Shown: piece by piece, positions 11,721-24,479 of the stretch
Position numbering within the stretch: position 1 is the first letter of the stretch
Layout: each line of letters starts with the position of its first letter
Assembly: GCF_041956535.1 (NCBI RefSeq)
Contig: NW_027192206.1
Coordinates: forward strand, 62,001 to 126,000
DNA from: Calcarisporiella thermophila CBS 279.70
Taxonomy: Eukaryota; Fungi; Calcarisporiellomycota
DNA length: 64,000 bases
Direction: 5' to 3'
Translations under genes and position numbers: made by a program
Notes under the pieces: model-generated
Databases searched by the model: none
What the model saw: only the letters and a program-made list of their open reading frames with translations
What the model was told of the DNA's origin: nothing

Positions 11721-12572
11721 ATGCTTTTTGAAACCGATATATTCTGGTCCGGTCACGGTGAAGAGCAGCAGAAACCTGAGGAAAAGGAGGACATTGTTAC
11801 CGATCTACAGGAAGAACAGGCAATTGAACATTTTTATTCAAATTTGCAAGGACATCATCACTAATTAGTACTACTTTTTTCCCATTATAGGAGTCAGATG
11901 AGCCCATCGCAGAATTGCCCATGGAACTGCTGAGCGCTATCGCTACTGAGGAGCGTCGCATTGCGGAACTTCGTGATGAGCTCCATTACCACGAAGAACA
12001 GCTTCACCGCCTCCAAGTACGATGGCGACGTGCAATAGCACAGGAGGAGCGTTCGCGAATTGCAGAGTCATCTCGAACATCGATGGCCTCCAGGCCTTCA
12101 ACTACATCCCGAACCTCTTTCTCATCGGTAACATCAGGAGAAAGTGTGCAGACAGAACCTGAACGGATTCAGGAGATGGAGAGTGGAAAAGCCGAGGTAG
12201 TAGATTCAAGCGATGCAATCCTTCAAGCAAGTCATGCCGTTTATGATATGACTAGTCGAGGAATCAAAGAGCTGATGGGAGACATAAGTGAGACTGAGAT
12301 GTAAGTGATGGTCCTGCTTGGCCTTTTTCGGAAATTTGTATCTCACCTCATTTGACCTGATTAGTTTCCAATCGACCAGACGAAAAACCCTGAGCCTTAC
12401 GCGAAAGTTCAGCAGCTTCACGGACGAAGGATTTCGGTCCTCACGAAAGAAGACCCTTGGGTTTATGGAACAAATGATGCGCTCAACGGCAGAGGTGTTT
12501 GAGGTCAACTCTCCTTCCCTCTTTATGCTTGGCCGACTAGTGGAGGAGCCCACGGAAGACAAATCACCATGA
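11721..12572 (+). CDS. Fungal coiled-coil protein (DUF4048/Tda11-like), about 3 exons
   Basis: LLSAIATEERRIAELRDELHYHEEQLHRLQVRW coiled coil; intron 12301-12364 joins the two ORFs in frame; first donor is GC (11820) or weak GT (11796). Confidence 0.65.
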
Positions 12573-13082
12573 GGACGTATATACCTAAGGGTAGGACCTC
12601 AAACTTTTTTTTTTCATTTCTCCTTTATTCCTCTTTTATGGTTATTCTTATCTTTCCTCATTATTAATACATAGTTTTATTTTCCTTTGCTTTACTTTGT
12701 AATTTCTCTATGTTGTTTTCCTTATATTTTGTTTTGCCTCGTCTGTTTGAACTCCTCGATGATGACACTTTCGAAAGCTATTTTTGAACAATTACCACGT
12801 TAAATAAACACTATTATACCACTTGTTTTAATATTTTTTACCAGTGAACCAAATATATATATCGGAGAATCCCCCCTCTTGGCTAATTCTCTCGGCACCC
12901 ACTGGTCAACAATCTAGAGCAACGACCTACATATCGTGCTAAGCCACAAGCGATCACAATTTTAATTAGACTATTTTCTTTACCGGTACCTTCGAACTAG
13001 CTATTTTGCCCTATTTATTTGTATATTAATGAATTGGATTCTTTAAGTGTCTTCTCTTCTTGCTTGATAAGTTTTCTTAATA

Positions 13083-13908
13083 ATGGATTTGGATACAACA
13101 GCGGCTCATTCAAGTAAAGCCAAAACGGTGCATTTTGAAGGTGTCCCCTCTGACAACGACGACCATGTGGCTACTGAAGATACAATGACGCATGATAAAA
13201 ATAATCAGGAACAATTATATGATCCATTGTATTTCGACACTGATTCTGATGAAAGCGAGGATGAACGTGATCTAAAAGGTTTGACCCAACTATTATACTT
13301 CATGATTTCAATAATCTATTCATACATTATCTTGGTTTCTTTGCAGGAAAAAACAAAGCCGATCGAATAGTGCGCACAAATGACGAGCTGTTCTACGATC
13401 CTGAACAAGACGATCGTGACGAGGAGTGGGTGATCAATGAAATGGGAGGTAAGATCTAACTTGTTTGATAATGTCAATTTGTGCACTGGCTCACTCTTTT
13501 TCTTTAAAGTCGCGCCGGAGACACACGGATTCAAGACAGATGCAATACTTAGTTGTCCATGTTGCTTAACCGAGGTGTGTTATAGTTGTCAAAGGTAATT
13601 TTTCTATACATTCCGATTAGTGATAGCAACAGCCGATCGATCCTTGTCTCTCTCTTCATCCTAGACATGAGCGCTATCAGCATCAATACCGGGCCATGTT
13701 TGTCCGACACTGCCGAGTCATCAAGACAGAACGTCTTCGCTATGAACCCCCTGATTCGCGACACAAGCGGCGAAAAGGTGGTGAGAATGAAATATCGGAC
13801 GAGGGCGATGAATTCTATTTTCCTGTTGAGTGCGTGAACTGCCGGACAAGGATCGCAGTGTATGACACAGAAGAAGTATACCATTTCTTTAATGTAATTG
13901 CTTCATGA
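13083..13908 (+). CDS. EAPP: E2F-associated phosphoprotein (EAPP C-terminal domain)
   Basis: DELFYDPEQDDRDEEWV, TDAILSCPCC, CQRHERYQHQYRAMFV, PVECVNC..IAVYDTEEVYHFFNVIAS. Confidence 0.9.
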
Positions 13909-14365
13909 TGCCATGTTTGATATTTTCTCAAATCATCACAATATCCCCATAACACTGCAAAATATAGAGTCATCGTTATTTAATTCGTTTTTTTATCACA
14001 TTATAACAAACACACAAGTAAATTGGATGCAATGACAATGGGAAGTAAAATGTGAAAGGGGAAAGGGGGGAGGGGGAGAAAATCGAGGAAAGGGTGATTG
14101 CACGAAATGTTTTGGGAAGGAGTGGTACCAAGAAGTTCATTTTACAACACAAAGAGAAATGAATGAGGAAAAAAAAAAATAATGGAGAGAATCGCAAACA
14201 CTACAACAGAACAAAATATAATTTTTTTTCAGTTATTACTTCATTAATAAGTGCATATGAGAGGGGAGGGGGGGGGGGGAAGGGATGAAAGCATTGGGGA
14301 ATTAAAAAAAAGTAATAAAATAAGGTTGGTATTCTCTAATAAATGCTGGTTCATAGGTTGTCTAT

Positions 14366-16172
14366 CTAAATTTTATCATCATCTATCAGAAATCGAGCGA
14401 ATCCGTTCGAAAATCCAGTGCGAAAGAGCAATGCATCCAACTCTGGCCCGGTCATCACTCCGCTCAGCCCACGTAGTCCAACCGGTTTGCGCACATCCGT
14501 CGCTCGCGAGCCAATGCTTGCCGTCTTACTACGCTTCTGGGGGTCGCGCAGAATCTTACTTGTGATTCGTTTCCCATAGGGTGTGTTGCGGATTGCCGGA
14601 AGAAGCGGGCGAATTGTCTCCACCAGACGAGCACGCTGCACTGGGTCGGCGTGGTCGAGGGCGGTCTGGACCACGTAGTTGCCATAAGGATCGCGAAGAA
14701 GCTTCTCGAGCCGCTGCTTGTTGAGAAGCTCCTCCACCATGAGCTTGCGTGTCTCTGGTTGTGCAACGCGAATGCACTAAATTGAAGGAGAAGTCCAAGA
14801 TCAGGTGGGATTGCTTGAGCAAATGAAGGTCGTTTCGATTCCTGTTTACCTTTTCTATAGCATTGGAGCTGAATTTTTGTACGGATAAGTTGCATATATG
14901 CCCAATATACTGTCGGACCAGAGGTTCAGAATAGCGAGGGTCCCCGAGGTCAAGGATGTATTGGACGACGTAGTTGCCATAGGCGTCCTGAATGAGCAAA
15001 AGCGAGTGGTAGAGGACAATTTCCTGGACAAGTTGGGCCTTGACCATTTCGTGAGAACGGAGCGAACTCATTGTTTAGATTCGTTATAGCCTACCTTTTG
15101 GCTGGGAGACGCATAGTCGAAGCATCGTTGAAGAACGCAGCACCCGTGTCGATGAGTGGCCACCTCCACATAGCGCTGACACACCGCGTCATAGATAAAT
15201 TGATTTTCTTCTGGGCTGAGGCGCTGGAGACATTTTTGGATAACATGGTTGCCATTTAAATCCTGAGAGATGAGTGCATAAGACTTAGCCGGGCTGCTAG
15301 CTGAAGTCAATCAAAAGATTAGGCTTACCTTGATAAGGCCAACGACGTTTCCGGAGAGCCCAGCGATCACAAGCCGAACTTCATGTGGAGTGCTTAGGGT
15401 GTCGATCATCTTTTGAACAACCCGGGTCCCGTGGTTGTTAAGGGCCACCTCAACTAGGTCCGGCACCACCCCCTGAACTAGCACGGTCCGCTGTTCCTCG
15501 GAGCTGTATTCGAAGAGCTTCTGGCACAGATAGTTCGCAATGGGGTCTATTCCAACACATTTGAAATGAGCAAACGCCAAGGAGCGGTTAGAGGGAAAGA
15601 GGGCAGGATACGTTACGCATCATTAACTCGGGCAAATGTGGGTACAGCTCCCGGATGATAAAGCTGGTGTGAAGGTGACTGTTAGACTCCACCGTTCGTT
15701 GGAGGAAACGGCACCCCAGCTGGTCCTGTGCCAACAAGTGAATCCGTCCCTCGATATCCTTAAGGGTAATCTTGGGCGGGGTTCTGGGAGGAGAGCTCAA
15801 AATCGGGTCCGAGCTGGCGGCCGCCGTAACTAGCGACGGCGTGCTCCAACCACTGCAAGCCGGTGAGAGGTTCTCCCCACAGTCGATGCCATACCGAAAG
15901 GCTGGCCAAGCCGAGCCAGAGGAGGTAATCGAAGAGATGCTAGAATTGTCCATGGAGGATCCCTGAATCTCTCGAAGAGCTCTGTCTGGCGTCGAGACCG
16001 TGGAGCTTGGCGAATTTATCATGTACAGGTTCGAGGGAAGACCTTCGCTTTTTTCCGACGTGGGTGAGAATAGACTGGTCGCTAGCCTCCACGCCCCGTG
16101 TCCTGCTTCATTCTTCGAAAACTGCGGTGGCAGCTCTCCTAAAATGAAGTGCGGCTTTGATTCTTCATCCAT
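14366..16172 (-). CDS. Pumilio-family RNA-binding protein, Puf4/Mpt5 type
   Basis: Eight PUF repeats with recognition segments GCRFLQ, ANYLCQ, GTRVVQ, GNHVIQ, GCCVLQ, GNYVVQ, SSNAIE, GNYVVQ; C-terminal TPYGKRI. Confidence 0.93.
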
Positions 16173-16450
16173 TTCATTCGCACGTCTCTATGAAACTGAG
16201 AAAGCAATATCTTATGTTCTGGGTAATATTGAAAGGCAGAGGGTGGAGAGAGAGAGAAGATAGGGTAAACTGTACTTGAGAAAAAAAAAATATCAGAAAA
16301 AACAAATGAAAGTTTATGAGGGTTACAGTTCTCGGGCCGATATTTGTACCATAACCAACAAGACCGAAGAAGTAGAGGGTTAAGAGGAAAGAGAATGGCC
16401 TCAGAAAGGGGGAGGAAAAAAAAACGATGGAGAGAAGAACCCAAATCCTT

Positions 16451-17550
16451 TTTTCCTGCAACCTGCACAGCAAATCTCTAATATTGGCACGCCTCCTTCA
16501 GAAAACGGTGTTTTATTTATTGTTATTTGTTGTGGTTACCGGTTACGCCCATGTAACCTAGGCCAAGGTCGTCCCAAAAAAAAAAAACCTTACCTGAACT
16601 GATCCAACGGCCTCTGCAACCGTCTGCAACTTCCCGGGATTTAATACGTTCCCTTTCTTGGGGATAATTTCATCTGGGTGGAGGCCGCGCATGGATCTGC
16701 AGCAGGGGGCATCAAGCACTCTCCGAGGAAAAGGATCAAGGTTGGTCTTGCGCATGACCGGTTTCCGTGGCCCCTCCCCCAAGCTTCAGGGTGCCAGAGC
16801 TGGCGGGTTGATTTCATTTCATGTGCGTTCGGGGATCGTATTTATTACATCTCCTCCTTCGCAAAGGAAATGAAAACAACGGCGCTGAGGCTCATTTCCT
16901 TGTGTAGGCTCGCCGTACGATCACAAGTAAGGTTGGCATGGTGAGAAAATCAAGCACTTAAGCCGGTCAAAAATGAGTCAGGGGAAAATAAAGCGACCGG
17001 CTGCAATAGTCGAGAAAGACTAATCTGGCCCGATTCAAAGTGAATCTTGATGAAAATGAATTATTTTAATCTCCTTAACCTCAAAAGATTAAGGCAAAGG
17101 GGATTGAAATGTGAACAAAAAGAAATTATTATACATAGAGATTAGTAGATTGACACATATCCACGTTAGGTGGTCAAAATGCAGTCCGATGAAAAATAGA
17201 TATAAACCATGGGGGTCTGACCATTGGGGTCTGATGGCCACCATTACTAAAAAGAATAGTGGACCGAGCAAGCTAGTCAATGCGAGACAGAAAAACGGGA
17301 TAGATACCAGTTCGTCGTGAAAATCCCTATGTTCCTGTAGTTTTTTTTTCTTGGGTGATCTCTAAGTCCGCTTCCTCGCTATCCCAAAATTAAAAATCCT
17401 GCACAACATGCAGAGTGATTGATAATCCAAGCTGGTATTCTGAAAAGTATCTCTAGTCCTTTCTTAGACTAATCGAAAATGATGACGAATTCAAGTATTC
17501 AACCGCTCCTATCATCGACTCTGGTACCTTAGCGACCTCCGCTACGGAGA
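16451..17550. repeat. Diverged direct duplicate (copy 1) of 19843-21175, including a decayed 3' fragment of the PP2A-B56 gene
   Basis: Collinear shared blocks such as CCTGCAACCTGCA, GGCATCAAGC-CTCTCC, AGATTAGTAGATTGACACA, GAGCAAGCTAGTCA, TAGATACCAGTTC and TCGACTCTGGTA-CTTAGCGACCTCC. Confidence 0.85.
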
Positions 17551-18571
17551 TGATGCGTCTTAGGGTAGAATGCAGCCAGTTTTGAGAGAATAGAGTAAAT
17601 CAGAGGCACTACAGTCTCTGACCTCTCCCCTCCCCCCCCCCCCCAGCACAGCGAGGGGTCGTGATAGGGCAGCCCTAGTATGAATGGCTCGTTTTGGACC
17701 GTTGGTGTCCTTGACAACAACTCAGTGTGGTTCGTATATGGAAAATGCAGAATTCGGGCTAATACGAATAGGCCGCAGGTATGTTGTGATTCATTATTCT
17801 CCACCCTCTTGCCCCAAATACAGATAATCAGGTTAAGACTGAGCCAGGAGTGAGAGGACAGCGTTAAACATCAGCATGTCTTCGATATATATATATATAT
17901 TTAATTTATTATATGTTGTACCGCTATTTATTTGTTATCGCTTATGGAGGTTGGGCCACAACTATTCATTGGTATTAGAGAACAAATTTATGTCAAGCAA
18001 TTACACCATAATACAACTACTTCGAATGAGCCAGGTTTTGAACAACAGTGCATGTTCAAACGTAATTGGAAAACAGCCACTAGTGCACTAAGTCACCTTG
18101 GAAAACAAATCAATATGAAGCTGCTGTTGCTAATATTAATAATAGGGCTACAGTGGAAAATTTCCCCTAAACTTTAGTCTGTAATGCAGGGCTAATCTAA
18201 AATGTTATTACATACTATGAAAGGCGACGTAACGATTCTGTTTTTTATATTAAAAAGCAGTAGGGTAGATTCAAACGAGAAAAGGAATTTAAACAACGAA
18301 ATGATTCTACGGCCAAATGATGAAATGATGAGGTGGATTGGCCAATGTAATGTCAAAGAGTAAAAAGAAAGTGAAAAAACTTTTATTTTATCATTAAAGT
18401 GTTATTATATCATCAAAGTAAAAAGTATAGAAAGTGGTATTATAGGTCGAGATAGAGGTAGAGAGCTTGAAACAAAGAAACAGATTAGGAACGGGTTATT
18501 AAAACTACTCTGCATAATCCTTGGATTATGCACTGCAATTTTGTTTATCATCGTTTAATTTCGTTTGCCCT

Positions 18572-19648
18572 CTATAATGCATTATAGAAAGCATCGGCGA
18601 TCAGCCGATGTGCATAGGCTAGTGGAAGAGAAAGGCCTAAATAAGCATGCGTTTTATAGGAAAATAGAGGGAGTCGATGCGAGACTTACTTGTTGGATGA
18701 ACTTTGTCCCAGAATAAGTATTTGTCTGGCTCTGCGCATTTGGCAAAATTGTTCTGGCATGGGTTTTTCACATTCGAGAACCCGAACTTCTCGGGAGATT
18801 GAATAAATTGGTCAAACAGCGAGTGAACATCGAATAATTGCACATTAGCATCTGGAAATTGTGATGCAAGCCCTTGTATCGACTTTTCCAGTAGCGTATT
18901 ATATCTAATAACGTATTCTCTTAGTTTGGGAGATTGAATTATTGCCGGGTACCCTTTGACACGATCGGAAGCAAGCGGGAGAGCCTCTACAGGAGGAACA
19001 TTAGGGATAAAGAAGTGGCGCGCACCATGTTGGTAAAGGCTGGCCTGCAGCATCAAATGAAAAATTAACTTTAGAAAGTCAGGAGGGAAGTAGACTACAT
19101 GTCATAATCTCCTCTAGAGCTTTAATAACCTCATTTTGCTTGCTCGGAGCGGCTCCCGAAAAAAACAGGTCGTAGTTATCATTGATTCCGATCCATATCG
19201 CAAAAAGGCGCCCCTCATTGTACGAAACCGTGTCTGCAACTTGACTTTTATAGAACTTTTGGGCCTGCTCTTTCACACTTGGTGCAGAGCGAGGCACTAC
19301 TTGCTAGATAGAAAGCATTGCATCAGCATGAAATGGGCACAAGAAATGCCTAGGATTAAAGTCTACGTTATCTACAGTCGCTCCACTAAAGGCAAAGTTG
19401 TCAAGTTTTACATCCAATCTCTCGGAGAGATAATCATTCCACAATCGCCCATTAGAGTTTCCTTTATCCTGAATAGCGGTTTTGAGAGGCCATCAAATTA
19501 ATTTCTTTCTAGTATCTATCCGAGGGCGACTTACATTATCACTCTATGAATCTCCGAATACGACTAAATTCTTATAAGTCGAAGCCGCGATGACAGAGGG
19601 GATGGAGGAAAATAAAACTAGTGCAATATAAAGTGCGACATACACCAT
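18572..19648 (-). pseudogene. Secreted GDSL/SGNH lipase-esterase, probably inactivated
   Basis: Signal peptide; VVFGDS immediately followed by in-frame TAG (19544-19546) then SDN; NFAFSGA, IWIGIND, YLFWDKVHPT; splice phases at the 19045-19099 intron do not match using the obvious donor. Confidence 0.8.
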
Positions 19649-19842
19649 CGTACTCTTTGTTTGATGGAAGCGATACATCGTAAATAGAGAGATGTGTGGA
19701 CACAAGAATATAGAAGGAACGGGAAGTGGTAAAGAGAGGAAGGAGGAAAATATAATGAGATCGGGAGAGATGAAGAATGCAAAGCGGGATGATGACTTAA
19801 GAAAGGGAAAGGCAAAATCGCTGAAGGGACGAACGTAAAGGC

Positions 19843-21175
19843 TTTTACCCTGCAACCTGCATGTCTCTAATTTAAACACACTTCCTTCAAGTGGTGCTTA
19901 ATTGACTGTTATTAGTTGTGGTTATGCACATCACCCTATTCCAAGTTTGTCAATACACATTGTACTATCTATCGCAGTTCATCCAACTGAATGGTTTCTG
20001 CAACTGTCTGAAACTCCTAGATAATTAATTCCTTTCCATTCTTGGGGGTAATTTAATCTGGGGCGGAGGCGGCCGAGATGGTTGTGCAGGAGAAGGCATC
20101 AAGCCCTCTCCAAAGGGAAAAAATCATGACCGTCCTCAAGGCTCAGGGTACGGGAATTAGCGGGTTGAACTATTTTACGTATGTACAGGGAATTATATTT
20201 GCTTCTTCTGGATCAAAGGATATGAAAAGATGATTGTGGCTCATCCTTGAGTTGGCTCGCCACACGATGACAAGTAGAGTTGTCGTGGAGAGAAAAGGGG
20301 GAACATGGAGAGACCGACTACGATTGCCGAGAGAATATAAACCGACCCAATCCAAAGTCACCATGTGAATGAGAATGAGAATATATTAAGAAGCTTCCTT
20401 GGTTTTAAAGGAACAACGAAAAAGGAAAAGGAACTAATTATGGTCAAAAAAGAAAATCAGCAAATAGATTAGTAGATTGACACAAAATACTACATAGGCG
20501 GTCTAAGAACAACCCGGTCAAATAATATATAAGCCATGGGGATCACAATATCAGTCTGATGGCCACTGCTGCCAAAAAAAAAAAAGAAAACAAGGCAACC
20601 AATTTCCTTGGGAGACTTTTTTTAATTGCAAAATATAACAATCTATATGTGTATATGAGAAAAGTAAAAGAGTTCATTTTCAGGAAGTAGCGTACTGTTC
20701 ATCTAAGGTTTCAGCCTTAGTCACCGCCAATGCCTCAGTGCCCACTACTTCTTCCAGGCTACGGTGTCGCGAGAGCTCGTTGGCCACCCGCTCGTCCACC
20801 GGGATCATCGACTTGCGTCGAATTTGTGGCTCTAGTGTGGGATTCCCGTCGAAACGTTGCTAAAAGAAAATAACAGTCTGAGCAAGCTAGTCAGCTCGGG
20901 AGGAAAAATAGGGTAGATACCAGTTCACCCTGAAAATCCCCATGTTCCTTTAGTTTTTTTGAATGTTCTTCGTCCGTAGGCTTTTCCGGCTTCTCTGAGC
21001 CTGCTTCCTCATTCACTACACCCAAAAAAATTCCACACAAGTTAGGATTATTGTGATATCATGGAAACGTATCGCTGGCCCTTACTTAAACTACTCAAAG
21101 ACGAGGATGAATTCATGTATTCATCCGCTCCCATATTCGACTCTGGTATCTTAGCGACCTCCACCGCGGAGCTGG
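19843..21175. repeat. Diverged direct duplicate (copy 2): GDSL upstream region plus intact PP2A-B56 3' end
   Basis: Collinear similarity to 16451-17550; about 20585-20865 is absent from copy 1. Confidence 0.85.
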
Positions 21176-23610
21176 GAGGAGACATGTCTTGTTGCATAGC
21201 ATTTCGCAATGCATGTTGCTCCAACTTTTGCCATATTAACTCTCGTTCCTTTAGTTTTTGCTTCTCTCTGGAGGCGAGATGGGAATTCCTGTTTAATTCC
21301 GTTGCATCCGAACAAATATAGCATAGTGACACTTACTCGGCCTTGTTCTGCTTGAACTGATTTGTGCATTGATCGAAGAGCTGAGGATTAACATTCATAA
21401 AGAATTTGAGGGCATTGAAGATTAAATTATGGATATTGCTGCCATAACATAAATGATGAGTTTAGGTTTCATCACGATTCCATTCATGAGTGCCATACCG
21501 ATTCCAATGGCCCTTCGAATTCTGATATAGCGCGGGAAATACAATCGGCATTATAACCTCCACATTGTCCGTCATGAGCTTGGCAATGTAGTCGTTGCTC
21601 CAAAATAACAGTGCCCTTTCAGCCACCTGTAGCGGAGAAGTAAAGGCGGGTAAGTATCCAGGTTAGATTGCCAATGGATTTTCATGCCTATATTATTTTT
21701 TCCAATGTTTACCTGAAAATGAGGTCGATTGATGCATTGTGCAATCTGCTGAAAGAGGGGCACTTGAATATTCAGGAATTCGTGCGGGTCGATGGCATCG
21801 AGGATTTCCTCAATCTCGTGCAAAAACATCACCTCTTTTGAACTATTAGTCTTGGGCCAAAAACGAAGCAAGCCATGAATAACCTTTTAAAGGAGAGCAG
21901 TGTTAAATATCTCGTTAGTTGTGTAGGGAAGATCATAGGTATAAAGTTATACCTCTTGGGTAAGTGAAGGATCCTTCTCCAGGAATTGTACAATACAATA
22001 GGCAAGCTGTGGATGATAAAGGGCGAGTGACTTCGACTTGTGTAATGGAATGAGTGTGCGGGCCAGAAAAACTTTGTGCTCTTCTCGTAGAGGCAGAGCA
22101 AACCCGTTAATGATACTATACAATAAAATATAGCCGAAAAGGAGGCCCAAGTTAATAAAGAGAGGGCTAGCAGCAGAATTGAGAGACGCATCACCTTCCC
22201 AAAATTTCCAGCAACTCTGCAATGCCATTATGCCTTTCAGTCTCATAGATAAACTGAAAAAATATGTTGTTGATCCACTTTCGTATGAAAGCCCGATGGT
22301 TAAGGAATTTGCCGTAGATTCGATGGAGGGTGGTTTTCAAAAAGTCTCGCTCACGTGGATCCTCACTATCAAATAGATCAAGGAGCTTGAAAGGGGAAGA
22401 GGAGAGGTTACAGGCTTGGAATATTGGAGCTATATGCATGGCAAAGAGGCCAATGCGTACCTGGATAATAAACCGTTGATCAATATATTTTTTGCCTATG
22501 GAAGTATTGAATTCGGGAGACTCGACAAATCGCAAGAATATTTCGTATACAATCTGCAGGTGAGGCCATGCGAGATCGAGCACCGGCTCGTCCTCCTCGG
22601 GATCGAAGGCGTCTCCAACCGGGTTGGTTTGCGGAGGTATTGTGCGGAAAAGATTAGAGGAAAACTAGAGGGTGCCCAATATAACCGACATAAGTAAATT
22701 GAACCAATTCAACGAAGGTTTGGATAAATAGGGCTACCATGGACACAATCCCGGAATAAACAGGCTCGGTAAGCACGTTTCTGTTCAAGCTGATGTACTC
22801 TAGAATTTCTGTTAGCGTATGTCGCTTAATCTCCTTGCCCTCAAGGTCGGCAGATGCATCATTGAAATCGAACACCACGGAGCATTGACGAAGTTTTCTT
22901 AGCAACAGCTCTTGCCGTGCACTCTGGTTCACCTCTATCAGTATTAAGCAGAGGGAAAGTGATTCATATTAGAATGCGGCAATTCACGCGAAATTCTGGG
23001 CCAATCACTACCGTAGAATCCTGCCAGTTTCTCTAGCTTTACGGGCTCACTCTCAGTCGTGTGGAAGCGTGAGGAGCGTTGCCGCCGAGGAGGTTTGACA
23101 AATGCTAAGGTGTCCTTGGGTGCACTGCGCATTCGACCGAGCGGCCCGTTTTTGGATAACTCCCTATCCCCCTGTTTCGCGTTTGGATTAGGCGCATCGC
23201 TAGTGTATGTCTGAGTGGTCGGGCCGTTCAGTATTATATTCCAATGAAAGGTTTAAAAACAGGTCATTTACGCTATTTAATCCACTGCTATTCACTACGA
23301 TTACGGGGGTTGAAGACCCCTTCGCCGATTTTGATGAAGAGGAAGAGGACCATGAGTTAGAGCGTCGCGGGGCTTGTTGTTTTTGGCTTCCTCCGCTCGC
23401 CCCACCACCACGCTTATGCCCGTTGCCATTCTTGGAGTTGGATCCCTGCAGCTTTTGCCCATGTTTCTGCTGGTCGTTGTTACCTTTATTTCTTGAGAGC
23501 TGTTAGCAAAGAGTTAAGGATGGACATTCGAAACATATAGAGAGAATCAGAAGTCTTATAAGATAAAGACTGTAAAATAAAAAGGATACGACTCCTTTGA
23601 GCCCTTTCAT
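20680..23610 (-). CDS. RTS1: PP2A regulatory subunit B'/B56 (Rts1/Par1)
   Basis: [79 protein letters not shown]-terminal RRKSMIP. Confidence 0.96.
23500..23589 (-). other. U12-type GT-AG first intron of PP2A-B56
   Basis: Donor GTATCCTTT, branch TCCTTAAC (23513-23520) about 14 nt before the CAG; joins MKGLKGV to LSRNKG in frame. Confidence 0.8.
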
Positions 23611-23905
23611 TGTAAGAGATGTCTAGTTCTAAAGCGTGTCGTCGATCTAAGCCGAATCACAAGGTTATTTCGCTAATTCGCGGGAAAAATCAGATGATGA
23701 TAGGCTTGCTACCTCAGTAAGAAATAAATATATGCGCTTAATTCCGTCAAAAACAGAGTATAGAATAGGGTAGACCAGATCTAGCGATCAAAATCTTTTC
23801 CTCTCTTTCCTTCTTTAAGTTAACCGTTTCAATTCTGTCCTCTTCGTTACACAGCCCAGGATATTCTACTGTGGAAAATGGGATATACTTGAGAATTGCC
23901 AAATG

Positions 23906-23913
23906 CAGTCACA
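23906..23913. promoter_or_regulatory. HomolD-box-like element CAGTCACA upstream of PP2A-B56
   Basis: Exact match to the S. pombe HomolD consensus, about 300 bp upstream of the ATG. Confidence 0.35.
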
Positions 23914-24479
23914 AATGTTTGATCGAACAAACTCCCTTTGGTTAGCGTCTATATATTTAGAGAAGGGATGGCAGGCGCCGTTTTGATTTTCCACCCCACC
24001 TAGGCCTTCGGCATTATTCTCTTGCCAGATATGTGTCTTCAATTTTGCTTTTCCCCCCAGTTATCTGGCACGGAAGTCCTTCACCACAAACCTGAATTTC
24101 AGGGAGCTCGAGCACAGTGTGACAACCTATTTCTTCTATGGATTTTATTTGTTTAAACAAAATCCAACTCTATGTCGATGCCTTTCTATTAAGCGAAATA
24201 CCATTCAGCTAGATAAAACTTTCTATCTCTCCTTCAGAGCCTAAACAAATCTCCACGTTACATAAGTTTCCGGCGATTTTATTAACAAAGAAATTAGTCT
24301 ACACAGTACAAGGATTAAAAAATGGTGGTCAACGATAAAAAATGGCTAGTGTGTATTGACAATGGAGAGGTGGGGCGATTCCTTATTTAAAGTGAGGATA
24401 ATCGACTCTGGATCCATCAAGTTTGGGTGATTCACTTGGATCCATTCTGCGAGAGTAGGATGCAGGGACGTACTCAACC

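Noticed and set aside
18115-18177. Signal-peptide-like micro-ORF MKLLLLILIIGLQWKISPKL
   Set aside because: Only 20 codons with no mature domain or cysteine framework; likely chance in AT-rich DNA
18571-18588. 18-bp palindrome TCTATAATGCATTATAGA at the GDSL stop (also TATCAGATATCTGATA at 11419)
   Set aside because: Isolated AT-rich palindromes with no supporting context
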